In this document: positions 36,720-51,506 of the stretch, piece after piece
Numbering within the stretch: the stretch's first letter is position 1
Layout of the letters: each line of letters begins with the position of its first letter
From: Macrostomum lignano
Taxonomy: Eukaryota
DNA: 64,000 bases
Reading direction: 5' to 3'
Assembly (NCBI GenBank): GCA_002269645.1
Contig: NIVC01002989.1
Coordinates: 62,001-126,000, forward strand
Made by a program: the position numbers and the translations under genes
Notes under the pieces: generated by a model
The model's input: the letters and a program-made list of their open reading frames with translations, nothing else
What the model was told of the DNA's origin: nothing
Database searches by the model: none

Positions 36720-38112
36720 CCAGATCCCAAATCCCAGATCCCAAATCCCAGATCCCAAATCCCAGATCCCAAATCCCAGATCCCAAATCCCAGATCCCAA
36801 ATCCCAGATCCCAAATCCCAGATCCCAAATCCCAGATCCCAAATCCCAGATCCCAAATCCCAGATCCCAAATCCCAGATCCCAAATCCCAGATCCCAAAT
36901 CCCAGATCCCAAATCCCAGATCCCAAATCCCAGATCCCAAATCCCAGATCCCAAATCCCAGATCCCAAATCCCAGATCCCAAATCCCAGATCCCAAATCC
37001 CAGATCCCAAATCCCAGATCCCAAATCCCAGATCCCAAATCCCAGATCCCAAATCCCAGATCCCAAATCCCAGATCCCAAATCCCAGATCCCAAATCCCA
37101 GATCCCAAATCCCAGATCCCAAATCCCAGATCCCAAATCCCAGATCCCAAATCCCAGATCCCAAATCCCAGATCCCAAATCCCAGATCCCAAATCCCAGA
37201 TCCCAAATCCCAGATCCCAAATCCCAGATCCCAAATCCTAGATCCCAAATCCCAAATCCCAAATCCCAGATCCTAAATCCCAGATCCCAAATCCCAGATC
37301 CCAAATCCCAGATCCCAAATCCCAGATCCCAAATCCCAGATCCCAAATCCCAGATCCCAAATCCCAGATCCCAAATCCCAGATCCCAAGTCCCAGATCCC
37401 AAATCCCAGATCCCAAATCCCAGTTCCGAAATCCCAGATCCCAAATCCCAGATCCCAAATCCCAGATCCCAAATCCCAGATCCCAAATCCCAGATCCCAA
37501 ATCCCAGATCCCAAATCCCAGATCCCAAATCCCAGATCCCAAATCCCAGATCCCAAATCCCAGATCCCAAATCCCAGATCCCAAATCCCAGATCCCAAAT
37601 CCCAGATCCCAAATCCCAGATCCCAAATCCCAGATCCCAAATCCCAGATCCCAAATCCCAGATCCTAAATCCCAGATCCCAAATCCCAGATCTCAAATCC
37701 CAGATCCCAAATCCCAGATCCCAAATCCCAGATCCCAAATCCCAGATCCCAAATCCCAGTTCCGAAATCCCAGATCCCAAATCCCAGATTCCAAATCCCA
37801 GATTCCAAATCCCAGATTCCAAATCCCAGATCCCAAATCCCAGATCCCAAATCCCAGATCCCAAATCCCAGATCCCAAATCCCAGATCCCAAATCCCAGA
37901 TCCCAAATCCCAGATCCCAAATCCCAAATCCCAGATCCCAAATCCCAGTTCCGAAATCCCAGAGCCCAAATCCCAGATTCCAAATCCCAGATTCCAAATC
38001 CCAGATCCCAAATCCCAGATCCCAAATCCCAGATCCCAAATCCCAGATCCCAAATCCAAGATCCCAAATCCCAGATCCCAAATCCCAAATCATAGATCCC
38101 AAATCCCAAATC
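36720..38112. repeat. 14-bp (CCCAGAT CCCAAAT)n array
   Basis: About 100 units. Confidence 0.95.
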
Positions 38113-38539
38113 CAAGCTCCTAGCTGTCATAAATACGAATTGAGCTACCAGTGGGAATGCACTTCAATAAATGCATTTGAGCAGCCAAAATTCGCTCAAG
38201 GATGGAGCGGGAGGCGGGCAGGATTCTAACAAGTTTTGAATCCTAAAATGGCTACAGCGTAGCACTCAAGGTGGAATGTTGCACTGCAAAGTACTTTGAA
38301 CTACGAGACAAGCGGTTCGCTACTGGCATTGATGAATAAAAGTGCTTGGAGAAAGTGAAGCGGCAGCTGCAGACTTCTCAGACAATGTGAAATTCTTTAG
38401 CTGACTGACGGACTGAGGGCAGGCTGTCAATGAAGTTTTAAGTTGGCAAATTGCAATAGGGTTTAGCTTCTGGTTTAAACAGCACTTTGGGTTTGAAAGG
38501 CCAAAAATTTGTCCTAAAAAAGCTTAAAAATCCTCTCCG

Positions 38540-39000
38540 CACTTTTTCCGCCCCCAAAATCCGCCCGCCCTTAATATCCGTCCCCTCCCCCAAATTTCGC
38601 CCCAATCCTCCCCCCCGAAATCCGCCCCCTAAATCCGCGACACCAAAATCCGCCTGCAAAATCCCCCAAACTCCACCCTTAATATCCGCCCCTCAAAATC
38701 CGCCCCTAAACTCCGCCCTTAATATCCGCCCCTCAAAATCCGCCCCTAAACTCCGCCCTTAATATCCGCCCCTCAAAATCCGCCTCCAAACTCCGCCCTT
38801 AATATCCGCCCCTCAAAATCCGCCCCCAAACTCCGCCCTTAATATCCGCCCCTCAAAATCCGCCCCCAAACTCCGCCCTTAATATCCGCCCCTCAAAATC
38901 CGCCCCCAAACTCCGCCCTTAATATCCGCCCCTCAAAATCCGCCCTTAAACTCCGCCCCTATTATCCGCTCCCAAATTTCGCCCACAAAATCCACCCCGA
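38540..39000. repeat. 39-bp C-rich minisatellite (AATATCCGCCCCTCAAAATCCGCCCCCAAACTCCGCCCTT-like)
   Basis: Built from ~13-bp CCGCC subunits. Confidence 0.85.
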
Positions 39001-40021
39001 AATCCACTCTCAACTCAACGTCCGGCCTGAAACTTGGGCTTTAAAATGTTCTGGGACTTTAAAATCGGCTGTATAAAATCCGTCTCATAATCCGCCCCCT
39101 AGTGGCAACACCCGAAAAACCCGCTATCAAAATCCGCTCTTCTTTTTCACTTTTCAGTTTGCGCACTACCCGAGAGAAAGAGGGCAAGCAAGGCTGCTGG
39201 GGTCACCCAGCCCTGTTGAATGCAGCCATTTGACACCAGCAGCATGCAACACATGCGGCCGCCCACACCAGCCCTCCAAATATGTGCAATTTATCTGGCA
39301 CTTCGGCTGACCATGCGACAGCGAGCGACTCTCTGCATGCGCGACTGGCAAATCCCCCAAATCCCCAGTGGAGTAGGGAAAAAGCTGTGGAAATTCTCCC
39401 ATTCCGGCTGCTAGGAGCAACCTCAGTCATTCTGGGGCCCGCGGGCGAGAGACAAATTCAGAAAAAGTTCAAGCATCCATCATTGAAGAAACTTACATGC
39501 GGAGCCCGGCGACTCTCGGCGAGAGCTGAGAATATTTCTTAAAAATGTCTAAGGGTGAAGCGCCGAGCTACGAGGCTTCCAGTTGGGCATTTATAACCGA
39601 GCTGGGGTTGCTGGGGCGTGGGTTCTGAAGCGCGGAGGAGGCGTGGGCGGCGGTAACCGGAATTGCGTCATGCGCATCTATTGAGACAGAGAGAGTGAGA
39701 GATGAGGGGATATCCAACGAAAATCCACATCGCATGAAGGTGTGGGGGGGAAGTGGCGGCCGCCACCACTGCTGCTGCAGACTTGCATGGGCCAATAGCG
39801 AGCCTTGGGGTCTCCAGACAGGCGAGACAGATGAAGCAGTTCCGAGGTGCTCTCGGACAGCTGGCTGGGATTCGACAGTCGAGACAGATGAGGCCGGATC
39901 TGGATCTGGAGATGGGAAAAGCTAAGAGTTCTACTGCCCAATCTGGGATCCCACAGGACTCCTATTGGCCGCTGGTGTGGCCTCAATCTTAATCCCCCCT
40001 TCGTATTCTCCCATTCTATGA

Positions 40022-40635
<614 letters not shown>

Positions 40636-41107
40636 TCACTCGCCCTTAAAAAGTTAATTTCTCAACGAAGCGTGAAATAAATTTATTGAATCAGCGGAGC
40701 AGCTCAAAAACTTCAAACCTGCTAGAGATGGCAGATGAAGAGCAAGAGAAGCCAGTACAGTAGCATGCGAACAATAACGTTTCTAATTGAGATGCATTCA
40801 GGCGTTAATTTGCCTCTAGAAGCAGCAAAAAAACTTGAGCAGAGAGCTTCTAATTAAACTTTCAGTCACAGGCGCCCCGGTTCTGATTTGATTCGGTCTG
40901 CATGACTTGAATCAATAAGAAGCCGGTGAGCTCTGCAACACGAACTCACTGGCATGACTACCCGGTCTGGCCTCTGAATAAGTCTGCTGCTTCGGGTGAC
41001 GCTGGAAAAGATTGAAATTTGCATGATAAACAAGCCAGGTATAGAATGAAATATTTTGTCTGTTGACCTGGCGGAGCAATGGCTGACAGAGTTCCTGGGA
41101 TGGGGCT

Positions 41108-41494
41108 CACTCACTGACTCACTTACTCACTCACTCACTCACTCACTCACTCACTCACTCACTCACTCACTCACTCACTCATTCACTCACTCATTCACTC
41201 ACTCACTCACTCACTCACTCACTCACTCACTCACTCACTCACCCACTCACTCATTCACTCACTCATTCACTCACTCACTCACTCACTCACTCACTCACTC
41301 ACTCACTCACTCACTCACTCACTCACTCACTCACTCACTCACTCACTCACTCACTCACTCACTCACTCACTCACTCACTCACTCACTCACTCACTCACTC
41401 ACTCACTCACTCACTCACTCACTCACTCACTCACTCACTCACTGACTAACTCACTCACTCCCTCACTCACTCACTCACTCACTCACTCACTCAC
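41108..41494. repeat. (ACTC)n microsatellite
   Basis: Direct reading. Confidence 0.95.
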
Positions 41495-41954
41495 TAGTTT
41501 AAATTATACTGAGCCACTCTGCAGCAGCACTAACACAATGCAGTTGCACAGTACAAACCAGCAAAAACGGATATTCAGTCAGCCAAATATTTCAAGCCTC
41601 ACAAGCAGACACGATAGAATTCTCATTGTTCTCATTTTAGCACGAGAACAGGTGGCCCCCTGAAGCAGTCGGCTGCTTCCATTGTAATCAAAATTTCATG
41701 CCGCGCGAGAATTCGAAAGTGGGCTCTCAGAATTTATTCAATATTGCTGCCAATCCACGCGTTCCTATTGTGAGCGGAATGCGAGATGAAATCGAAATAC
41801 AATTTTCTGAACAATTTTGCGTCACTTCTCCAGTGTAGCTCGTAGGAACTGTTTGGATTTCTGCTCTCCATCTCGTATGATTTGCTGCTTGGAGGTGATT
41901 TTGATTTTGTTCAGATTATTTATGCTGACTTGTGAGACCCAGAGAATAAATAAA

Positions 41955-42667
41955 ACAGAGGGAGAGAGGAGAGGGAGAGAGGGGGGGAGAGGGAGAGAGG
42001 GAGGGAGGGAGAGAGAGAGTAGGAGAGAAGGAGAGAGAGAAAGAGAGAAAGAGAGAGAGAGAGAGGGAGAGAAAGAGAGAGAGTGAGAGAGAGGGAGAGA
42101 GAGAGAGAGATGGAGGGGAGAGTGAGTGAGAGAGAGGGAGAGAGAGGGGGGAGGGAGAGAGGGAGAGAGGGAGAGAGGGAGAGAGGGAGAGAGAGAGAAA
42201 GAGAGAGAGAGATGGAGGGGAGAGTGAGTGAGAGAGAGAGAGAGAGGGGGGGCAGAGGGAGAGAGAGAGTAGGAGAGAAGGAGAGAGAGAGAAGGAGAGT
42301 GAGAGAGGAGAGGGGGAGAGAGAGGGAGAGAAGGAGAGAGGGAGAGGGGGAGAGGGAGAGTAGGAGAGAAGGAGAGAGAGAGAGGGGGGGGAGAGGGAGA
42401 GAGGAGAGGGGGAGAGAGAGGGAGAGAAGGAGAGAGAAGAGAGGGAGAGAGGGAGAGGGAGAGTATGAGAGAAGGAGAGAGAGAGAGGGGGGAGAGGGAG
42501 AGAGGAGAGGGGGAAGAGGAGTGGGGGAGAGGAAAGGGGGAAAGAGAGAGAGGGAGAGGAGAGGGGAGAGGAAAGGGGGAGAGAAAGAGGGAGAGGTAGA
42601 GAGGAGAGGGGCAGAGAGAAAGAGAGAGGGGGGAGAGAGAGACACAGGGAGAGAGAAAGTAGGAGAG

Positions 42668-42749
<82 letters not shown>

Positions 42750-42990
42750 AGAGAGGGAGAAGGAGAGAGGGAGTAGGAGAGAGAGAGATAAAGAGAGAGA
42801 GGGGGAGAGAGAGAGGGAGAGGGAGAGAGGGAGATGGAGAGAGGGAGAGGGAGAGAGGTAGAAAGAGATAGTGGGAGCGGGATAGTGGGAGAGGGAGTGG
42901 AAGAGAGAAGAGAGAGAGAGGGAGATCGGAGTGGAGGGGGTAGAGGGGGAGAGAAGAGGAAAGAGGAGAGGGAGAGAGATGTTGGAGAGG
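41955..42990. repeat. GA-rich polypurine tract
   Basis: About 1 kb, almost entirely G/A. Confidence 0.95.
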
Positions 42991-44139
42991 TGAAGAAGGA
43001 TCAGGACAAAACTGTTTCAAACCCATCTAAATAATATTGACACAAACGCCAGGAGTGAGGGTGTCATGCTGATTTATGGCCGGGGGAAAATTGCTTTCCA
43101 AAACACGGGAATTCGAATGCATTTTCTGGAGCGGGGGCGGACCGAGCCATCCGATGGAAAATTGAGATCTCCCAGAGAGGGTTACTGGCTCCATCTTTCC
43201 TCAGCTCCAGCTTCTCTTCTATCGATTCCCTGGGCGGGGCAGAGCGGGGCTAAATTGATATTTATTATATAAATCATAACAAACTTGATCCTAGTGGCTA
43301 TTCATCCCTAATAGTGCTGCAATGGATCATTTCATAGAATCTCTTATGGCTCGCTTTTCTCCCTATTAAAGTTCTGCTTTTGGCCTGAGGAATATAAATA
43401 TATATGGGCCTGGCGTTCACGGATTGTTGAGAGAAATGTAATTTGAAGGCCGAAATATTTAAACTTCATGTTTAAGTCTGTGAGTCACAGCCTGCGCTTC
43501 TGGGATAATTCTGCTCATACAATATCTCTCTCTCATCTCTGTGCCTTGGAGGTTGGTCCCCATGGCTGCTAATCAGCATCAAGGCCACAGTCACAGTTTT
43601 CATTATTCTTGCACACAAACTTGTACATGATTTGTCCATCTCTCAATTCTTTGCTGAGCAGCTTGAGTCGGCACAGCCTCCCCTATGATCCATGAGCTTG
43701 ACTCTGGGGCGATGCAAACTGCCTGCAGATTGAGAGTCTTGACCGGCAATGCATGCATAACCATGAGAGCCGGGAGAGACAGAACGGGAACTGCAGGACT
43801 TAATGGGATTGAGTTGCAGCAGCAACGGAATGAGATTAGCATTCGTTAGGGGATCGCAGATGGGGTGGCGGGCGGCCGCTGTGGTGCGATGGCGGGGGCG
43901 GCTGATCGAGCCTTGCCAGATCGATCTTGTCGGGGACAAATGTCCAGTCACTCACTGGTTCTCAGCTGCTTTTCCCTTACGAGCTGATTCTCTGAGAGAT
44001 CCGAGTCAAGTTAAAGACCGCGACTTCAGGGGACGCGGCTGGGTCTTGTAGCTTTTAGTTATCCCCTGGAGAATCTAAAGTGAAACTATCAATAAATTCA
44101 ATAAATTAAAGCGTTAATCAACTTCATTAAAGCTCATAT

Positions 44140-44703
44140 GGGTGAGGCAGACAACAGACACAATCGGTGAGGCAGACCACAGACACAATCGGTGAGGCAG
44201 ACCACAGACACAATCGGTGAGGCAGACCACAGACACAATCGGTGCGGCAAACCACAGACACAATCGGTGAGGCAGACCACAGACACAATCGGTGAGGCAG
44301 ACCACAGACACAATGGCTGAGGCAGACCACAGACACAATCGGTGAGGCAAACCACAGACACAATCGGTGAGGCAGACCACAGACACAATCGGTGAGGCAA
44401 ACCACAGACACAATCGGTGAGGCAGACCACAGACACAATCGGTGAGGCAGACCACAGACACAATCGGTGAGGCAGACCACAGACACAATCGTTGAGGCAG
44501 ACCACAGACACAATCGGTGAGGCAGACCACAGACACAATCGGTGCGGCAGACCACAGACACAATCGGTGAGGCAAACCACAGACACAATCGGTGAGGCAA
44601 ACCACAGACACAATCGGTGAGGCAAACCACAGACACAATCGGTGAGGCAGACAACAGACACAATCGGTGAGGCAGACCACAGACACAATCGGTGAGGCAG
44701 ACC
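44140..44703. repeat. ~25-bp minisatellite (GGTGAGGCAGACCACAGACACAATC); second block at ~45585-45765
   Basis: The same unit occurs in two blocks separated by ~880 bp of non-repeat sequence. Confidence 0.9.
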
Positions 44704-45827
44704 CAGGGAAAACTAAAACACTCGAGACGCGAAACGAGCCAAATCATGGTAAAAAAGGTAGGGGCTCGTTTAAGTCTATGGGCGCCAAGTTTTTCATGCA
44801 TTAAATGCATTACGATCAGCCGCTGAAAAGACCACATTATTAATTTTGCTTTAAAAGGTTCCGTAGGTTGTCGAAAAGTTTTTTTATTCATTTTTAAATA
44901 TGTTTTCTGTTTTATTTAAGTCGTAAAAAACGGGCGTACAGAGCGCAATGACGTACATTTAAGAGCGTGAGATATTTCACGAAGAAAATGTTTAAACTTA
45001 GCATGGTGTATATAGCTTATTTGAGGAGGAACTCATATAAGGACCTGTATAGGAAAAACTGGGGCACATATATTTAAGCATGTGAGATAAGCACAAGAGG
45101 AAAAAGTTTAAAAACCTGTTTTGGTGTATAAGGGAACTAAGGCAACAAGGAGGAACCCAAATGCCATAAATTTTTCAATTTTTTAAATTTTTTTTCAAAA
45201 ACGAAAACTTTAAGGAATTTAGGTTTCTCCTGAAATTCGCTCATTAGCCTTTTGTAGCAATCTGCCTCAAGCTATGCGACCTTGCGTCTGTATGAAGCAC
45301 GCAAAGGGAAAGCCAGAGAAGACAGAAGGCAGATCCTTCGGTCTTTCATGTCTTCAACATGGGGGTGTCGCTTTCTTACCTCCAAAATATCTGGTAGGGT
45401 TGTCTCCAACGCTCTCGTTCTTGTGCATCTCGAGGAAAAGAAAATATCTTTGTTCGGCTCTCTTCTGAGTTATAGTTTGATCTTCAGTTAAAGACGCTGC
45501 ACTTTCTCGGCATTTTTCACATTCGCACAAGAGTTGAGGGCCCTCGCACCTCTTTAGACTTGAGAATTGCAGTTGGAATGGCCATAGACACAATCGGTGA
45601 GACAAACCACAGACACAAAAGGTGAGGCAGACCACAGACACAATCGGTGAGGCAGACCACAGACACAATCGGTGAGGCAGACCACAGACACAATAGGTGA
45701 GGCAGACCACAGACACAATCGGTGAGGCAGACCACAGACACAATGGCTGAGGCAGACCACAGACAAGGGAGGCTTACCACAAACTCAAGAGAGAAAGACA
45801 GAGACAATGGAGGGGGACCTCAGACAC

Positions 45828-47790
45828 AAGGGGAACAGATCATAGACACAAGGGAACAGATCATAGACACAAGGGGAACAGATCATAACAGATCATAGAC
45901 ACAAGGGGAACAGATCATAGACACAGATCATAGACACAAGGGGAACAGATCATAACAGATCATAGACACAAGGGGAACAGATCATAGACACAGATCATAG
46001 ACACAAGGGGAACAGATCATAACAGATCATAGACACAAGGGGAACAGATCATAGACACTTATCATAGACACAAGGGGAACAGATCATAACAGATCATAGA
46101 CACAAGGGGAACAGATCATAGACACTTATCATAGACACAAGGGGAACAGATCATAACAGATCATAGACACAAGGGGAACAGATCATAGACACAAGGGGAA
46201 CAGATCATAACAGATCATAGACACAAGGGGAACAGATCATAGACACAACGGAGATCAATTACAGACACAAGACGGATGGACAGATCACAGACACAAGGCA
46301 GACAGATCAAAGACACAACGGAGATCAATTACAGACACAAGACGGATGGACAGATCACAGACACAAGGCAGACAGATCAAAGACACAACGGAGATCAATT
46401 ACAGACACAAGACGGATGGACAGATCACAGACACAAGGCAGACAGATCAAAGACACAACGGAGATCAATTACAGACACAAGACGGATGGACAGATCACAG
46501 ACACAAGGCAGACAGATCAAAGACACAACGGAGATCAATTACAGACACAAGACGGATGGACAGATCACAGACACAAGGCAGACAGATCAAAGACACAACG
46601 GAGATCAATTACAGACACAAGACGGATGGACAGATCACAGACACAAGGCAGACAGATCAAAGACACAACGAAGATCAATTACAGACACAAGACGGATGGA
46701 CAGATCACAGACACAAGGCAGACAGTTCAAAGACACAACGGATTTCAATTACAGACACAAGACGGATGGACAGATCACAGACACAAGGCAGACAGATCAA
46801 AGACACAACGGAGATCAATTACAGACACAAGACGGATGGACAGATCACAGACACAAGGCAGACAGATCAAAGACACAACGGAGATCAATTACAGACACAA
46901 GACGGATGGACAGATCACAGACACAAGGCAGACAGATCAAAGACACAACGGAGATCAATTACAGACACAAGACGGATGGACAGATCACAGACACAAGGCA
47001 GACAGATCAAAGACACAACGGAGATCAATTACAGACACAAGACGGATGGACAGATCACAGACACAAGGCAGACAGATCAAAGACACAACGGAGATCAATT
47101 ACAGACACAAGACGGATGGACAGATCACAGACACAAGGCAGACAGATCAAAGACACAACGGAGATCAATTACAGACACAAGACGGATGGACAGATCACAG
47201 ACACAAGGCAGACAGATCAAAGACACAACGGAGATCAATTACAGACACAAGACGGATGGACAGATCACAGACACAAGGCAGACAGATCAAAGACACAACG
47301 GAGATCAATTACAGACACAAGACGGATGGACAGATCACAGACACAAGGCAGACAGATCAAAGACACAACGGAGATCAATTACAGACACAAGACGGATGGA
47401 CAGATCACAGACACAAGGCAGACAGATCAAAGACACAACGGAAATCAATTACAGACACAAGACGGATGGACAGATCACAGACACAAGGCAGACAGATCAA
47501 AGACACAACGGAGATCAATTACAGACACAAGACGGATGGACAGATCACAGACACAAGGCAGACAGATCAAAGACACAACGGAGATCAATTACAGACACAA
47601 GACGGATGGACAGATCACAGACACAAGGCAGACAGATCAAAGACACAACGGAGATCAATTACAGACACAAGACGGATGGACAGATCACAGACACAAGGCA
47701 GACAGATCAAAGACACAACGGAGATCAATTACAGACACAAGACGGATGGACAGATCACAGACACAAGGCAGACAGATCAAAGACTAAGGC
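45828..47790. repeat. ~22-bp AGACACAAGGGGAACAGATCAT array grading into a 70-bp higher-order array (~46250-47790)
   Basis: The 70-mer is 26+22+22-bp monomers, each with an AGACACAA core and a GATC motif. Confidence 0.95.
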
Positions 47791-48154
47791 AGACAGATTA
47801 CAGACACAAGACGCGCAGATTACTGACACAAGGAAGGCAGACCTCAGACACAATAGGGAGACAAACTACAGATTGATAAAGTAAGCCAAAGCCAAAAAAC
47901 CAGTAACGCCAGACGCACTCTGACATTGAAACAAGCGTTCAGCTCTACTGACAGTAGCATAAGTTGAAACATATTTCAAGCGTTGGCTAAATGACCGTCT
48001 ATGGTCGGGTGGGGTCGGGGGCAGCGGATGATACGAGCTAATGAAAGAAAGAGTGTCATAATATAAGCGAGCAACGACGCTTGTAAATTACCAAAAAATC
48101 CTCAGACAAACAATTGTTTTAATAACAATAGATACAGCAAGCAATAAACTTGGC

Positions 48155-51100
48155 ATGGACGAGGAGAAACGGAAGGAGCTGGAGAACAAAGCCATCGATC
48201 TGATGCGTAATGTGGCCCAGCGGAAGAACCTGTTCCAGCTCAGAGAGGGCGACGGGAGGCTTGGCTCCATCGATCGTTTGATGCCGGATTTTTACGCCAT
48301 ATTCAGCAGCAATTCCAGGCTGGCCTACATGCAGCAATGGAGCACCTTCGAGACCATCATGATTGTTGGTGAGGCCGGCTGACTGCTTGCGTAATCACAG
48401 GCGTGTTTGGGCACTGGCACAGACAAAATAGTCTGCGTTTTAAACAAATCAATCTGCCATTTTTCAATATCAATCTCTCCTTTTCAATATCAATATGCCA
48501 TTTTTTCGGGGGGCCGTAGCCCAGCGGTAGCGCAGCTGCTCTGGTGTGCCGCGACCCAGGCTCGATTCCAAGTGCAGCCACATTAATTTGGGGCTGAATT
48601 GGAATTTCGGCTTGGCTCGCTTGTGCAATTAACGGCCTTGAGAGCCAACCCCCCAAGGCGCAGTGAAGTGTACATGCCTAACAACTAATAAAGTTAGGGC
48701 CGCTGTACACTCCTGTGTGAGTGTGTGCCTGCGTAACGTATCCGCGCGCTTGTGTGCCTGCTCAGGGGATTCGGCGGAATGGGCAGTAATGCCTCTCGCC
48801 GGTTGTGCGCCAATGACGCTTAAATTGCGCCAGGGTGCACACAACCCCCTGCCTCTAAAAAAAATGCCATTTTTTCTATATAAATCTGCCATCTTCAATA
48901 CCAATCTGCCATTTTTAATATTAATCTGCCATTTTTCAATACCAATCTGCCCTTTTTAACAGCAATCTGCCAGTTTTCAATACCGATCTGCCATTTTTAA
49001 GAAATCAATTTGCCATTTTCAACATCAATATGCTATTTTTCAAAAATCAATCTACCATTGTAACAAAACTTTCCATTATTCAATTTCCTTATTTTTAAAT
49101 CCGCCATTCTCAAAGCCAGCCAAGCCAAAGCACTTCCACCCGCCCGCAGTGCCCATGGCGGTGCTCCTGCTGGCAGCCCTCATCAGCATCAGCAGCAAGC
49201 TCGCCCAGATTGCCCTCGACCTGCTCGTGTCGCTCTCCGTCAGCTGCTCGCACATCTGGCAGCACGGCGTTCACCTGTCGCAGCAGACGGCATCCGCCGA
49301 CAACGACAACAGAGGCGGCAATGGGCGGGAGCTGCCGCGGCCGCTGCGCATGATTCGTTGGCTGGACGACAAAGGCGTCGCCAGCGCCTGGGACGTCATG
49401 CGGCTGCCGCGGCCGGACAACCGGGCTGAGCGGCTGCGCCAGCTGGCCAGCAGTTTGAAGCGGATGCGCGAGGAGCGAAATGCGCTGCGTACGTTGCTAG
49501 GGGGAATTTGGAAGCAGAAACTGGAGGGGGTGCGGAAGAAGAAACTGGAGGGGGTGCGGAAGAAGAAACTGGAGAAACGTGGAAGCCGAAAACTGAGGTC
49601 ACCCTGATCAAACTGAGATCATCCTGATCAAACTGAGGTCACCCTGATCAAACTGAGGTCACCCTGATCAAACTGAGATCACCCTGATCAAACTGAGATC
49701 ACCCTGATCAAACTGAGGTCACCCTGATCAAACTGAGAACCCTCTGATCAAACTGAGATCACCCTGATCAAACTGAGATCACCCTGCTCAAACTGAGATC
49801 ACCCCTGATCAGGCTGAGAACACCCTCATCAAACTGAGGTCACCCTGATCAAACTGAGAACCCTCTGATCAAACTGGGATCACCCTGATCAAACTGAGAA
49901 CCCTCTGATCAAACTGAGAACACCCTCATCAAACTGAGGTCACCCTGATCAAACTGAGATCACCCTGATCAAACTGAGAACCCTCTGATCAAACTGAGAT
50001 CACCCTGATCAAACTGAGAACCCTCTGATCAAACTGAGAACACCCTCATCAAACTGAGATCACCCTGATCAAACTGAGAACCCTCTGATCAAACTAAGAT
50101 CACCCTGATCAAACTGAGATCACCCTGATCAAACTAAGATCACCCTGATCAAACTGAGATCACCCTGATCAAACTAAGATCACCCTGATCAAACTGAGAT
50201 CACCCTGATCAAACTGAGATCACCCTGATAAAACTGAGATCACCCTGATCAAACTGAGATCACCCTGATCAAACTAAGATCACCCTGATCAAACTGAGAT
50301 CACCCTGATCAAACTGAGATCACCCTGATAAAACTGAGATCACCCTGATCAAACTGAGAACGCTCTGATCAAACTGAGAACACCCTCATCAAACTGAGAT
50401 CACCCTGATCAAACTGAGAACCCTCTGATCAAACTAAGATCACCCTGATCAAACTGAGATCACCCTGATCAAACTGAGATCACCCTGATAAAACTGAGAT
50501 CACCCTGATCAAACTGAGATCACCCTGATCAAACTAAGATCACCCTGATCAAACTGAGATCACCCTGATCAAACTGAGATCACCCTGATAAAACTGAGAT
50601 CACCCTGATCAAACTGAGAACCCTCTGATCAAACTGAGAACACCCTCATCAAACTGAGGTCACCCTGATCAAACTGAGATCACCCTGATCAAACTGAGAA
50701 CCCTCTGATCAAACTGAGATCACCCTGATCAAACTGAGAACCCTCTGATCAAACTGAGAACACCCTCATCAAACTGAGATCACCCTGATCAAACTGAGAA
50801 CCCTCTGATCAAACTAAGATCACCCTGATCAAACTGAGATCACCCTGATCAAACTAAGATCACCCTGATCAAACTGAGATCACCCTGATCAAACTAAGAT
50901 CACCCTGATCAAACTGAGATCACCCTGATCAAACTGAGATCACCCTGATAAAACTGAGATCACCCTGATCAAACTGAGATCACCCTGATCAAACTAAGAT
51001 CACCCTGATCAAACTGAGATCACCCTGATCAAACTGAGATCACCCTGATAAAACTGAGATCACCCTGATCAAACTGAGAACGCTCTGATCAAACTGAGAA

Positions 51101-51506
51101 CACCCTCATCAAACTGAGATCACCCTGATCAAACTGAGAACCCTCTGATCAAACTAAGATCACCCTGATCAAACTGAGATCACCCTGATCAAACTGAGAT
51201 CACCCTGATAAAACTGAGATCACCCTGATCAAACTGAGATCACCCTGATCAAACTAAGATCACCCTGATCAAACTGAGATCACCCTGATCAAACTGAGAT
51301 CACCCTGATAAAACTGAGATCACCCTGATCAAACTGAGATCACCTTGATAAAACTGAGATCACCCTGTCAAACTGAGATCACCCTGATCAAACTGAGATC
51401 ACCCTGATCAAACTGAGATCAAAGCAATCATACACTGTAAAAACTTCAAATGCTTGCAGAGAAACGCCGCAGCATACTGAAGGAAGGCCCACTGGATCAT
51501 CGGTAG
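48155..51506 (+). CDS. Orphan ~199-aa single-pass membrane protein. Exons 48155-48368, 49150-49488, 51460-51506
   Basis: GTT G|gtgagg, cgcccgcag|TG, CTG C|gtacgt and tgcttgcag|AG are all phase 1, ending in TAG. The hydrophobic segment FETIMIV|VPMAVLLLAALISIS forms across the first junction, and the C-terminus is helical and basic. No family recognised. Confidence 0.55.
48508..48863 (+). mobile_element. Full-length tRNA-headed SINE with A-tail and 13-bp TSD
   Basis: A-box TAGCCCAGCGG (~48517) and B-box-like GGCTCGATTCC (~48559); A-tail 48857-48863. ATGCCATTTTTTC is duplicated exactly at 48495-48507 and 48864-48876. Confidence 0.8.
49596..51420. repeat. 20-bp minisatellite (AACTGAGATCACCCTGATCA)
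   Basis: About 90 units; fills intron 2 of the orphan gene. Confidence 0.95.
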
